Positions 1 to 14,038 of a stretch of DNA of 64,000 bases are shown here, one piece after another. Positions within the stretch are counted from its first letter, which is position 1, and each line of letters starts with the position of its first letter. The DNA is from Gnetum montanum (Eukaryota > Plantae > Gnetophyta), in the NCBI GenBank assembly GCA_015680685.1, contig MNCI01002045.1, forward strand, positions 161,072-225,071. The letters run 5' to 3'. A program made the translations under genes and the position numbers. The notes beneath the pieces were generated by a model. The model was given only the letters and a program-made list of their open reading frames with translations, did no database searches and had not been told where the DNA came from.

Positions 1-391
1 TGTTTCAAAATTGAAGGAAAAAGGTGTGCTTTGAAATTGTTGAAGTCACCGTTAATTGTTTAATGGTGTTTTCAAAATTTGTAATATGTATATTTTTACT
101 TGAAATGAAATAAATTGTTGAAGTCACCGTTAATTGTTAATATGGTGTTTTAATCGTGTTTTCATATAAATTGAAATGAAATAAAAATTTTTTATTAGCT
201 AACATATTTAAAGGGTTATGTTGAGTAATTCCGTTGGTTTGTTGATTAATTAATCTTTGGGTCCTTTACGCTTGAAATAATTTTAAAATTTTAAAATTAT
301 ATAAAAACTATGAAGTTTAACAATATTTTTTTCGGAATCAAAATTATTAATCATGGCCTTGTGCCTGTCATGGGTGAGGTTGACATCAACA

Positions 392-828
392 CTTAGCCCC
401 CAAACTTCAATTGCATGCAAGTGCAAGGATAGCAAAACCATATAAATTAAAATAAGGAGATGTAACAAATAGATGATTGAAAAGATTACAAACCAACAAG
501 TTGAAATTTGGAAATAAACTACACTAATCTAAATATGATTAAAAATAGCCATATGATCAAAAGAGAACTAGACGTGGGCCACCCACACCATCTTATTTAA
601 TTAAGATCCAAATATATAATTCATTCTTTATCATAATTTTAACTACAAAGATATATATAATTAAAATGTATAACTAAGATCACATTCCCAATCTTTTCAC
701 CAGGTAAAAGTCAAAAGCATGTAGACTACTTTGAGCACAAGACCTATACTAAACTTAATGAGGAGAACAAGCTCATGTTAGACTATGGCTAACTGCAACT
801 TTCTGATTTTTCCTTGAGATTCTCTTTT

Positions 829-860
<32 letters not shown>

Positions 861-3800
861 TGTTCTTGACATTTTGAAATGGAATAAGTGAAAAGGGATT
901 ATTTGTTTTTCTTCTTCATCATCTTCTTTTTTGAATTGTGGGAAAATAGGTTCAAAAGGAAAAATGGAGGTTAGGGTGAGGATTGCTACCGTACCCCATC
1001 ACACTCAAGAACTTATTACATCACCAATGAACATAGTCCTCATTCTTTCTTTTTTCTTTTTCTTCTTTTTTCTTTTTTGAAGAAACTTTGCTCTTAGTGT
1101 ACTTCATTCTTGAGATAGAAATTCCAACACAAGTTTAGTTAATTAGCTACCCTACCAAAGAGCATGGTCCTTTCAGAACTTTGCCCATGGTGCAATTCAA
1201 CCCTCGTGTATGTGCCTTTAATTGCAATCTGATGACATCATAGTAGGTCTCCTAGTTGGCTAAGGGTTCTTAAGTGGAGATGAACACATTTCACCTTATT
1301 GTTCATAGAATAGCCATGGATCATCACACCTAAGGGCTAGGTCTTATGAAAGGGGAAAATGACATTTTCCAAGGTCACCTAGTAACTATTCTGCAACGTC
1401 ACATATCCTACACTCACATAATCATGATGATTACATGATAAGTTAGCATAAATCCCATGCTCCATGATCCAACAATCATGATGATAAGGCAAGGTATCTT
1501 CATTGATTTCTTCACCTTTTCTAGAAGTTTGAGAGGGTTGGGTGGAATCTATATGAGAAAAATGATTTAATTTTGTAATTTCACTCACATGATCATCTAT
1601 AACATGTTCATCATGCTCTATAACATGTTCATCATGCTCAACCTTGATAACTCCAACATATAGGTTAGTGTTTTGATTTTCCAAAGAATGATTTTGCTAA
1701 TTGAAAGTTGTAACTACTTGTTTGTAGGAAGGTTCTCTTGGTATGATCATGTATTTAGATTTTACTTTGATAGGGATTAATAGTTTTGAGAATTTTGACC
1801 TAAAGAAGCCCCTAAACTTGGCTCCAAAAGTCCTAGATAAGAGCACACCATAAGTGGGTGTCATGTCAACTACTAAGATATCTGTGTAACATATAAATGT
1901 AGGGTATTGTTTTAGTTGCACTTTCGCTCCTTTTAATGACCCTACTATAAGTACGTTAGACCCATCGAGTTGTATTACACTTTTCGTTTATGGTATCATT
2001 TGTGCTTCTAAAGTCTTACATACTTCAAGTGACATGACACTAACAATTGTGCTAGAATCCATCAAACAATTCTGAATGTTCTTTCCTAAAATAATCATAT
2101 TTTTAAGAAAGGAGGTTGCTCTTTCTTGCTCGACATGGAATTATTTGCGTCCTGTACTAATAATGCATTAGGACTTTCTGTGAAGTGAACTTGCCTTTCG
2201 GGGATTGGGGATTTTTCTTTATTGGTTTCCAGTCTATAAACTACCTCTTGGATCACATCTTTCATTTCCTTAAACTATAGAGGCTCATACATTGAAATGG
2301 TAGCTTTGATTTTCTTCAAATGCTCAACTAGATCATAAGTCTTATGTTCATCTTTGGCTTCTTGTTGAGGTGGAGTTCTTCTAAGTATCGAAGGGGAGTT
2401 TGGCCATTGTGGGGCATTTACTTGGGAAGACTCAGTCTGAGTATTCATGTCGTTTTAATTAGGAGCTCTTCTATTCGGAGGAGTATAAGGACCATTCCTA
2501 GTTTGTTGTGTGTTGTTTATAGTGTCACTAAGTCTTTGGTAGCGAGTGTTATGTGGGTTGGGGTCACTTCCCATAACTTGCTCCAATGAGGAAACCTCTT
2601 CATTTTTTGTTCCATAAGGTACATTAAGGACCATAACAAGGGTCTTCCCATTTTGCTGACCTTGGGAATTATCACCATATAATGCTAAGAATTGAGGACA
2701 AGTCTTTAGAATGTTGCCTCGTGTTATGGAGATGGCAATAATCATCATTGGCTGATAAACTTGGCATTTCTGGTTGCATAGGATCCTTGTTGTTGTTATA
2801 TTTTAATTCAACTACTTCATTTGAAAATTTTTAAAGTAAAGTTAATATCTGGGTCATCTGATTTTGAGTTTGAGTTGGGAGTTCAATAGGATTAGATATC
2901 CCATTTGAATTTATGATGGATTGAGTTAAGGCCTTTGATTGGTCATCATTCAAACTAGTGGTAGATGGTAGGAATGAAGAAGATGTGCGACCTTGAAAAT
3001 GATTGGCCGCCATCCTAGTTTGAGTTCTTATAGTAATAAAACTTGGGAAACATGAAGTTCTTTGTTTTCTTAATGTAAAGTGATGTGTAGTTGGTAGGCT
3101 AGGGGCAAAGAAGAGATCGCTCATAAAACAAAAAATTATAGAATAAAAATGTTTAAATAAAGATATAAAATTAAGTAAAAAAAGAAAAAAGAAATATTGC
3201 AATAATAATTTTTTTCTAAAAAATATTAAATATGCTATTTAAAAAATAATTTTTTAAAAAAGAAAATTAAATACATGAAATTGTAATATTTATAAAATTT
3301 AAAAAAAAATAGTAAAATAAAAAATTTAGAAAAATAAAAATAAAATTGACTAATTAAATAAAACTACCTTCCCAAAGTTGAGAATTCGGTAAGGGCAACC
3401 AAAACACAAATTTAAAAGTGGGACTGGGAAATGAGGGTTTTAAAAAAAGGATTAGAAATAGGTGATGAGCTCAAAAATTTTTAGGAGACAAACTTTTGAT
3501 ATTGGAAAATAAAAGGGCTCAAAAATTCTTTAAAAAATATTTTTCAAAACAATGACTAAAAGCAGAGATTTTAGCGAAAAAAAAATAAGTTTGAAACAAG
3601 GAAAAGGAAATTTTTGGGAAATGCAAACAAAACAGAAATTGAATAAGGGTAAAAACTTGATAATTTTCAAAATGGAAAAACAAAGGCCAGAAAAATAGCC
3701 CTTCTTTTAGCATCAAAAAGGTGTTGATGCATAAATTTTGAACACACCAACAACACCCATGAATAAAGACTATTGCCTAAGGTGCCTCTCGTATAGGTAC

Positions 3801-5570
3801 AAAAACCCATGAATAGTCTCAGCTAGAGAGCGCTATGTAACATTTTAAAATAGTAAACCAAACTAAAAATGGGGAATTTAAATTAAATGATTGTCCATGT
3901 TGGTGTCATCCGTTTGTCACTACCAATGGTACCCATTGCCTAAATAGGAAAACTATGGTCTGTCCCTTGAAAAGGGAGAGAGAAAGGAATGCCAATTCTA
4001 AATACCACATGCTTCTAATGTGTTGTGTGGTAGAGAGAGAGGTAACAAATCCGTGCACTATTTGCATGCTTGCTACACTGTTGAGAAGATTGTTGCCAGA
4101 AGAGACTGTTTGCTACATTTACTTGTGCATCTGCCACTGACGCTAACTGCTCACCTACAACGTTGTTACTGCCATCACAGTCATGCATTGTGTCGCTACG
4201 TTCTGCCATGCACGCTACTGCACTGTGCTGCTATGCATGTCAACTGTCACGCATGGGGAGGGGAGGCTGTAGGTGCTACCCCTTCCATGCACATGCGCTC
4301 CACAGTCCAGTCCATGTTGCTATAGATGCATTGCAACAACGCAGATTGTTTGGCCACTTTTAACGTGTCGCTGCACACGACATGCTGATCATCATCTACA
4401 ACACGCAGATGAAGTAGGGAGGAGGGAGAGAGGAAGAGAGCTTTTAATGATGCCTTGTTCACGTCATGCGCCCTATCGACGTGAAGGGAGGCCAGCCGAT
4501 GACCACCGCTGTGCACTCTACTGTGAGTGTTCTGCTCGCATGCTCCTGCTTCTGCCATCTACCATCACCTGCAGACACTGTCGGAGTCTGCACATTGGTG
4601 TGCTATTGACAGATAGTGGTTCGTAGCAGCCACCATCGCCTTTTGTTCACTTGGAGCACACCTGTCGACCACTATCATGTGCACTGTGCAGTTTACCACC
4701 ATTATGTCTACCTGTTCTCAGAGAGAGAGGATTGCTCGCTGCAGCCCGAAAGAGAAAGAAGCCACCTCTGGTTTCCTGGTTCGGCCAAGATCTGATGGAT
4801 TTCCCTCTATTTTATAGCCACCTGTGTCTCAGCACCAACCGCATCAGCCACCTACATCCCCGAAAGCCATTACTGCCGGTAATGCCCACCAACCTCATCG
4901 ATTCATCTCCCGTAACTGCCTAGCATGATCCCGTAACTGCCCCAGCATGATTGCCTATGTTGCCCACCATGTGTTTCTCTTTTTTGGATCATAGAACTCA
5001 TTGTGTTTCTCTATGCAGCATTTAAATTTGGGAAATGAATGAGACATGGATGCTCTAGGATGTCTAACTTGGACTGAAATTTGTTAATCAACTTCGGAGG
5101 TGCTTACATCCCATAAACCTGGTAACTACATCAGGTCTTACGTAGGTTGCAACAACTACCGTTCACTAGCATTAATGATATTGAGGTGTTGCAAGGTGTA
5201 ATGGATGTATTTCTTGAGGAGACCCCTTAGGAACACTTTAGTTATCTTGTAAAAGTTTGTATGCCATGTCTTTCTCTTTTTGCATATTTTCCAATTTCAC
5301 CGCTGTATCAACAAGTGATGTTATAGAGATTCAAGGAGAATGCAAGGCTACCTTCTCTAGGCTTATTTATTGGGAGTCTCCGTTGCAGAAGCCACTGTTT
5401 GAGCTAAGCCAATACAAGCAATTGCGATGCTTAGCATTTGCAAGAATAAGCACGGTGGTGTTGGATAAGATGTCATCATGCTGGATAAGATGTCATCATG
5501 CTTGGCCATGTTAAGCATAAATTATGTCCATCCCATAGAGGGGCCTACCATCACCATTGATGTGTCAACA
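392..5570 (-). mobile_element. Degenerate, internally deleted Ty3/Gypsy (Tat/Ogre-like) LTR retrotransposon
   Basis: Putative 5' LTR 5570->3722 (TGTTGA...CATCAACA, TATA near 4815). PBS-like TGATGCTAAAAGAAGGG at 3715->3699 resembles TGGCGCTAGAAGGAGGG (tRNA-Arg type). Aspartic-protease remnant CLMDSSTIVSVMSLEVC near 2090 and ...VVDMTPTYGVLLSR. PPT TTTGGGGGCTAAG followed by TGTTGATG at 391. Confidence 0.65.
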
Positions 5571-5583
5571 AACAATGAGCTCG

Positions 5584-6653
5584 TGTTAAGAATAAAGTCT
5601 TTAAAACATTAAGGAAAGAAAAATAAAAATATTTATAGGTTAGTTATATAATGTACTACGTGAATAGGACACTTAGCAACTATACCTTTTTAATATCTAT
5701 GGTAGTTATAACTAACTACCATGGTCGTTATAACTAACTCTCATAGTGGTTATAACTAAATCCCATAGTGGTTGTAACTAATTTTAATTTCTCATGATGT
5801 TGTAACTATCAAGAAGCCACTATAAAAAGAGTTTCAAGGGTAGAATGAGGAAAAAGAAAGAAAGCAAGAAAACATATTGAAGATTACTTATAAGAATGGC
5901 TTGCTAATTGCATTATCAATTCAACTACTTTGATTAAATCCTATGAGTTCTTTTCTTCTTATTTTGTTTTAGCTCCTTAACTAATGGTTTAGATAGTACT
6001 ATGCTTGGCATTTAATTTTTGGATTTTCTTATTGTTCTTATAGATGTATTCTCATGTAATTTTAGACTTCTATTTGGTTGCCATATAAGAGATTATGTTG
6101 TCTTTTTAAAAGCATTTTGAGCATTTTAATTGCAATGTCTTTATGAAATTACCTGTTCGAGTCTAGAAGGTTTAGAAAATTTTTAATATTTTGAGCTGAC
6201 TTGAAATAGCTTCACTTATAAAATTTTTTCATCATGTTTAATCTTGAAATTGTTATACCTTTTCAAATAGCTCTATTATTGCAATTCTTGACAACTATTA
6301 ACTAGCCATATTATAGCTTGTATTTCATCTTTTACAAAGCGTTTTGATAGTTTAACAGGAGTGTCTTTTACGAAATAGCTTGTTGAGCTCAGAGAGTTTG
6401 GACAATTTGTAACACTTTGAATTGAATTAGAATAGCTTTATTTCGAAGTGTTTCCTCATGTTCATTTGATATCGCTTAAATATTTGAGATTCCACACAAA
6501 TATGTCTTCTCTCTTCTTTTCTTTTAAAATCCATTGAATCTCACTCTATTTCTATTTTTCTTGTAGACTTTGCTCTCTGGGGAAAACTAGGAGTAAATTT
6601 TTGCAAAATTATGCTTAGGCATTTTGGTGAGATTTTATTTGTTTCAAGCAACA
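5584..6653 (+). mobile_element. LTR-like segment (possible solo or partial LTR)
   Basis: TGTT...CAACA termini, about 21-bp tandem motif (ATAGTGGTTATAACTAA) at 5700-5810 upstream of TATAAAA near 5821. No target-site duplication (TSD) found. Confidence 0.4.
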
Positions 6654-6849
6654 TACTATATGGACTATATAAACTAATTGACTTGACAAAATAGGAATTT
6701 TTAATGACTTACAATATTCAACAAGGTTAGCTAAATTTCTGTTATAATAGCCAGTTACAATTTCATACGTAAACCCAAGCATTTCAATAATTATAATAGC
6801 AAATACACATTTACACTTAATTCACTCCATTACCACTAAGTTTATTTGG

Positions 6850-9800
6850 AGATATCTAGGCCTTGGTGTTTTCCAGAGACCAATAAACACCTAAGCTCAA
6901 GTTTGAAGGAATACCTTTGTTTTCCATGATTCCAATCACAAGATTGAAGGAAAACATTGGTGGTCCCAAAAAATTGCCAACAGAAACCTACTCTGTCATT
7001 CCCATGTCTTATGAGAAAGTTATGCAAACAAGCAAAAATCTTCCTATGTTAAGATTTTCAAACCAGTGCCACCTAAGAAAGATTAAGTAGAAAAACTAGC
7101 AGGCATTGAGGCTACAGCAGGATCAACACCAATGACAAATATTCTAGCCATAGGCATAGATCAAGTAGGACCCAATGGATCAACCCTAATTATAGAAAGA
7201 GCATGACCAAGTGCTCAACTAGCACAACAAGACTATAAACCTTCAATGAGCCATCTACAGTACAAAGTAGAAATAATAAGTTATGGTAGCAAGGAAGTTT
7301 TAAACATGTACAGAGTTAGAGATTATTTCAATAAACCTACTATATCCACAGGACCCATGACTGGTTAAGTATCTTTACATGCAGGAAAGGATGATAACTA
7401 CGCATAGCAAATTTCAGGAAACATTGCATCCTTTCAAGTGATGTTAGAGATTGAAGAAGAAGCCACCATAGCGGTAATGCAACACCAAGATGTAGCAAGA
7501 GCAGCAAAATTCATAACTGATTATATTAAAGAATTCTTTAATGTTCTTGTTGTGCCACTAGTAGATATTACTTGAGCTAAAGATGTAAAAACCTTAGTCA
7601 GAACATCAATGAACCCTGTAGAACATGAAGATGCAGTGAAGAAACTATTGTAGATATGACAAGTTATGTAGAATTTTTTTGATATCCTTGACAATATCAC
7701 TACAGAAGAGTCAAATCTAATATCAATAAAAGGAAAGCTAGTCATGGCAAAAATAAAGATGCAACATGTAGAAAATGATGTACAAAGATTACAAAAAGAA
7801 TTAGCTGCATTGAAAACAAAAAGATAAGTCCCTATACAATATATTGTACCTAACTAGTTATCTCTATTCAAAGTTGAACAAATTGGTTAACTAATGACCA
7901 AACAAAAATAGATGAAGATAGAAAAGGAGAAAACATTGTGGAATGCCTCAGTAGCAGAAGCTTAGGCATACATCCATGCTAAGGCCATTGTTGTACTAGA
8001 AGAAGAGAACAAAAGAATTTTTCCAGAGAATTTGAGGTTGATGGACATTAAAAAGAAAAAGAACATACTAGAAGAAAGCATTCATCATCCTAGAGAGCAA
8101 TTCAACAAAGTCAACCTTGATATCAAACAACTAGCCCATGAAAACAAAATCCTATCAATGAAAGAAGTATGCATAGTTCACCAAAAGTTAGCCATTGAAA
8201 TCAGTGTGTGATAAAATGAGACCAAGATGCATAAAAGGCTTAAAGAACACTTTAGAGACCAAGTGAGCATGTATAAGCAGATTAATGAGAAAGAAATTCA
8301 TATGGCCAAGGCCAAAATCAATTCCATTATAGAACAAACACCTAATTGGAAATCCATTCTGGATAGCCTTGCCCATGTCCATCAAGCTGAGCTCAAGAAT
8401 AAAGACCTGCAAATAGAATAGCTAACAAAGTACATGGGGTTAGCAAATCTCTAATATGTTAACTTAGCCATGTTGATAGCAAGCAAACCAAGGATAGAGT
8501 TGGAGCATTAGGTAGCTAAGGTGTATTCCATGTATGAAAAGGAGTTTGCAAACAGAAAAGTTGTGCAACAAAAGCTCCACATCATAAGATCTGAATTAGA
8601 AACAATCAAGTCTAGCCACCAAGGTCACAAAGACATAGTAGCAAACTTCGCGAGAAGGATGATGGATTATAAAGAGTTGTAGAAGATGGATAAAGCTTTT
8701 GAAATAGAAAGAACATAATTTGTAGCATGGTATGTTAATGCTAATAAAGTGTTTTAATAGTTGTCATGTCCCTAGGAAGTACCGACTCCTACAATCATTG
8801 TTGAATTCACATGGATGGTGCATGATCCCATAACAGAAGAAGAAAAGCTCAAAGTGTTACTAAACAAATACCAATTCTAGAAACTAATGGAGGAGCCACC
8901 ATCACCAAGAATGTGAAGAGATCTACATAAAGCTTAATTTTGTTTTATTTTATTTTTTATCATGTGTCAATCATGCATTGCATGATAATTTTATAACACC
9001 ACTCAAACAAAGATGCAACATTCATAGTAGAGCTAGTCATGTAAATATGTGTAACGATGTCGAGTCCATGTAACCCCACAAGTTTGTAAGGAACTCTATC
9101 CTCCTTTTATTTAAACTTCAAGATGAGCTTTTAGTCAATCATGAAGGTATGATGAAACATTATTATAAAGGACTACGACATTATATCTACAATATCATAG
9201 ATCATAGACTAACATACATGATCATAGATACAATATAGTGAGCCATGGTCAAGCCTATAAATATGAGCCCACCATTGCATCGAAAATAAGTTTAAGTCAA
9301 ACACTTAGTGAAATTCTTGTAATTTATTTTCTTAAAGTTAGGTAGTGTGAATACTTGCAGTGTGATGAATTACAGTTGTATGAAATCTTTATTCAAGTGA
9401 ATTGTTTTTAGATACAATTCATGAATAGCAATAAAGATCAAGATTATTTTTCATCATTGCAATATATCACTTATAATAGATTTATTTTTTCATGTTGTTT
9501 ACTTGTACTATGTCATTTATGTTTCTTAAGTCATTTACTATTCCAATGTTCATTACTAAGTTAGAACAAGTACGACTAGTTTCGAGGCTAAAGTGTAATT
9601 GTTTGGTAACCTAGTAGTGACTTTTCTTGATTCGCTTAGTAGTAAAGTTACTTCGTAATCCCATTGATAGTTACATTAGCCAAGACATGTACAAAAAACC
9701 AAAAATAGATACTTATCACCATAGGTTGGAATAGCTTTACATTTTCATCGCACTTAGAAATAGAATTTACATTCATCTTTACTATGTTTGCACTTAGTAC

Positions 9801-9897
9801 TATTAAGAGCCAAAAACATTAGCATATTATATATTTCACTAAGAGTTAAACCATACATTTTACACCTCACTAACTCTAAGTGAAAAGACAATGATCA
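6850..9897 (+). mobile_element. 3' part of an Athila-like Gypsy element: degraded extra ORF, PPT and truncated 3' LTR (9150-9897)
   Basis: LSFPCLMRKLCK near 7000 and GNIASFQVMLEIEEEATIAVMQHQ near 7420, plus a coiled coil to 8915, all homologous to 58046-60835. CATGAAGGTA|TGATGA junction at 9150. Confidence 0.85.
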
Positions 9898-9899
9898 CA

Positions 9900-11715
9900 A
9901 TGATGCCTTCGATGCTCATGATGCTCTCTACTCTCATGCCTAATTTTTCTCCTACTATCTTCTTCATTATCTTCCATATTTTTAGAATGCCTTCTTCTCT
10001 TATTAGTATGCCTTTCATGATCCCTTCTTCTTTTCCTGTCATAATCCCTTACTCTTCATTCTTTCCTGTCAAAGTCTATTGACAAGTATGATGAAGAGGA
10101 TGACAGAGTTAAAGAACAATGTTAGCTAGTTCTCCTTTTATGATTCCTGGATTCATCCCTTTTATCTGTTGAAGATTTTACGCTCAAATTCCCCCTAAGT
10201 CTAGAGTTTGTTTGATCTCATCCTAAAATTTCTGCAAGGGTTTAACGTACCTTCATCTTTGCAAGCTCTTCAATGCATATGACTGGTGTTTGAGAATTGG
10301 ATCCGAGTTTGGTAAGACTTTTTAGCTTTATATGTTTCTTCTTTCTACTCAGTAAGGATGATTACTTGTGGTGCTTTCTTTCCTTTCTCTTGATTATATC
10401 TTGTCACTATGATAGCATTCCTTCTTGCTTGTGGCTCTATTGGTTGATATGGCATGGTCATGTTCTTGGTAATCTTGTACCCTTCTTGTGCATGGCCAAG
10501 ATTTGATTTCATGAGAGCTTCTTGAATCATAGATAGTGCTAAACTTTCTAGCTACAAGACAATATTACCCAATGAGTCTCTCCATCTAAATTGTTCATCC
10601 TAGTAGAAAATAAATGTGAAATCAAGATAATAATGATCAATATGAGCATATGATATTCTTGTTTGTATCGATGCACTCCAGTCTTCTTCATTATAATCTT
10701 TGTCATTACTTTCATTAAGATCAATAGCATGTAGAGATTTCACTTTGGATATGAAAGTCATTTTAATGTGATTAATGCTTAAGTATGTGTATTTTGAAAA
10801 TTTGTTTTTAAGTATGAAAGATGGGCTTGATGATTCTTAATACAAAAAACTATGTAAATTCAACTAAAAAATATTGATACATTCCCAATAGCAATGCCAA
10901 TGATGAGTGGTTGGGCAACACTCAACCATACAAGTCACAAGTGTTCATCCATGATCAGATCATGATTCGTAGATAGATAATGTAAGCATACTAGTGAGTT
11001 GAGACTAAGTTCATAATTATTGTCTTCTCACTTAGAGTTAGCAAGATGCAAAATGTATAGTTTAACTCTCAGTGAGATATATAATAAACTAACGTTGTTG
11101 GCTCTTAATAGTGCTAAGTGAAAACATAGTGAAGATGAATGTAAATTCTATTTCTAAGTAAGATGAAAATATAAAGCTATTCTATCCTATTGTGATAAGT
11201 ATCTATTCCTAGTTTTTTATACATGTCCTAGGCTGATGTAACTATCATTGGGATTACCAAGTAACTTTACTACTAAGTGAATCAAGCAAACTCACTACTA
11301 GGTTACTAAAAAATTACACTTTATGCTTGAAACTAGTCGTACTTAGTCCACCTTACTAATGAACATTGTAATAGTAAATGATTTAAGGAATATAAATGTC
11401 ATGGTAAAACTAAACAACATGGAAAAGCAAATCTATTCTAAGTGATATGCTACAATGATGAAGAACAATCCACTCAAAGAAAAATTTTGTACAACTATAA
11501 TTCACCACACTATAGGCATTCACACTAACTCTAACTTCAAGAAAATAAACTACAAGAATTTTGTTAAGTGTTTGACTTAAACTTATTTTCGACACAATGG
11601 TGAGCTTGTATTTATAGGCATGACTATGGCCCACTACATTGTATCTACAATGACATATGTTAAGCTATGATATCGTAGATATGATGTCCTAGTCCTTTAC
11701 AATAATGTTTAATCA
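9900..11715 (-). mobile_element. 5' part of an Athila-like Gypsy element: 5' LTR (11715->10901), degenerate PBS and gag remnant
   Basis: The LTR is the reverse complement of 9150-9897 (about 80% by eye) and ends CCACTCATCA. PBS-like TGGCATTGCTATTGGGAA at 10899->10882. Confidence 0.8.
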
Positions 11716-12580
11716 AAGGGGTATCTACAAATGGGATGTAGACACCCCTATCATTCATTATTATATAAATAAGATCTTCAATGATATGGATGTAAACGTA
11801 GTTACCCCTACAAAAGATCTCCATCATGTCATTGTTGTCAATTTGCAGACTCTTCAACATTTCTATTTTCATCATCAACTAACTTGTTGTTAACTTGATA
11901 ACGTATCTTAATAGTTCAATAGCTTCCAAAACTTCTTAAACCTCTAGGTTAATCATGCTAGAAAAATAATTAGAATTGAAGATAATGAATCTCTTCAATT
12001 TTAACTTATCTTAGATTGGATCGATGAGCGGCATCATAAAACTTGGCTCCTTTCAAAATTGCATCGAAATTGATCTTCTTTTCAAGATTCATTTTCATAG
12101 TGATCTCCTCTAATGAATTGCCTTTAAAGTTACAAATTGCTCAAGAATAATTTTCACAATCGTAATTCCAATAGATCCTAATTTGCTTAAGATGGAAAAA
12201 AAGCCCTTATTCCATTTGCTTCAAATTACAATGTGCCCTTTGCGATGAAGCATAATTGATTAAATAACCAAATTTCTAGCCCATGATGGCACATTAATTA
12301 TTGCCACAAGTTGATGGTCATTTTAAGCATTACTAACCTAAGGTAGCAATGGTCATTAATTGAATTTTATTATTTTCCCTTTTCAAATAAATACAAGAAT
12401 TTTATTTGTCATAAGATCATCAAATTCATTCTTTATACCATCATATTTCCATAACTTATTGGAAGTTTGGGAAGGTAGGACTATAAGGTTTATTTCTTGG
12501 GTGGTTATTTTATTTTGATTTGGAATAATTATAATTGTTTCTTGATTGTGTGAATCGATCTTGAGACTTGTTGTTCTAGG

Positions 12581-14038
12581 TGTAACGACAGAAAACGTCG
12601 GCAGCTGGAAATACCGATCGATATTCCGGTGTACACAGTTTTAGCCACGGATCCGCGCGAGGGCTATGCTGGAAAAACGAATCCGCGGCGCCCTGAACGG
12701 TCTTGTCGATCAGACAGGGACTTACGGGTCAGTAAAAAGAATGCAAGGTGCGTAAAAGAGAGCGATTTGATTCGAGAGACCGTAAAGCAAGGAGAAAACG
12801 ATGCGGTCGGATTGCAACGGCGATAATGCTAAACACGATAAAAAGAGGCTGGCAAAAGAGAAACACGTAGCTTCAAGATCTGCGCTTTGACTTACAAATG
12901 TATATTTCGTATGAGAAATTACACTGGGGAATCTCCGATTACAAGATGTGAAACAAGCACAAAACAACAAGCAAAACGGTCCAAACAGAAGTCCGATCTA
13001 CCTCGTAGGCTAAGCTGAGATGCGAGGCGGGCCAAGCTTTGACGTCTACCGATCAACTGTTTCTGATTGATAGAGTCCTTTCAGCAGAAAGATTGCTCCT
13101 GTCACCGGTACCCAATTTGAACTGTACTCTGTTTCGGCTGTAAGATGATGATGTCCACGATTGCCAAAGCGTTGTTTCTCTGTATCTCTGCTCCAAAGTG
13201 CTAAGTGCTCTGGTGCTCAGAAATATGCTATTTGCTTCTCTGATTTGCCAACCCGAATTTTTGCCCACACCTGTATCTTTGTCAACTGGGGTATTTATAG
13301 GCCGCGACACTTCGCGGAGAAGGCGCAACCCTGATGATGTGGGTTCCGGATATTACGGGCCCTGCTGGCATGATCTTTTAAGTCAGACTGTGACTACGCA
13401 CAACACGCTTGTTTGCGTGTTGTGCGTGTGAAGAGTAGGCATATGCTGAGCGTACTTTAGGCTGCATTCAGGCTGTATTATGCTCATTCGCGTTGCGTTG
13501 CGTGTACGAGCGTAATCTGGAGTAAAAGCCATAAGCTCAAAATTGTTTTACGCTCACTACGCAACTGTGCGTAACGAAGCGTGGATTTTACGCTCACTAC
13601 GCAATTGAGCGTAACGAAGCGTGAATAGTGTGCAACTTACGCTCGCTACGCAACCGTGCGCAATGAATGCGTAAATAATGCGTGGTTTACGCTCGCTACG
13701 CAGCTGCGCGTGATGAAGCGTAAACAAGGCGTGGTTACGCTCACTACGCAGCTGTGCGTAATGAAGCGTATAAGCAATGTGCAATTTGACAACATACGCC
13801 ATGGTACGCACCGCCGCGTAGCGAGCGTAAAGACAAGTTATCCATGTACTGCAAGAAAAAATGCCAACCTGTTGTGCTTTTCTGAACTCTACCTACGACT
13901 GTCTTGAAGCTTATTATGCTCATTACGCTGCCGTGCGTAATAGAGCGTAAACCCATCCTTTGAACCAATCTGATGCGCGTTTTTGCTGGAATTGCGAATC
14001 TTTGCCTGAGGCCGACCCGTAATTTTCATGGTGTTTCA
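12581..14038 (-). mobile_element. Solo LTR (1458 bp), probably Gypsy-type and young
   Basis: TG...CA termini with a perfect 5-bp TSD CTAGG (12576-12580 and 14039-14043). TATAAAT on the minus strand near 13295. CpG-rich, unlike its flanks. Confidence 0.92.
13548..13770. repeat. Array of five ~35-nt palindromic units (TTACGCTCACTACGCAnnnnTGCGTAACGAAGCGT) in the solo-LTR U3
   Basis: Units start at about 13548, 13588, 13637, 13687 and 13735. Further copies near 13480, 13805 (inverted) and 13915. Confidence 0.9.

Noticed and set aside
3955-4923. Cluster of overlapping GC-rich ORFs
   Set aside because: ORFs occur in many frames on both strands with no recognisable motif, within a putative LTR. 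Elevated GC explains them.
13548-13770. CRISPR-like palindromic repeat array
   Set aside because: Spacers are only about 4-14 nt, the repeats are degenerate, there are no cas genes, and the array lies inside a TSD-flanked plant LTR.
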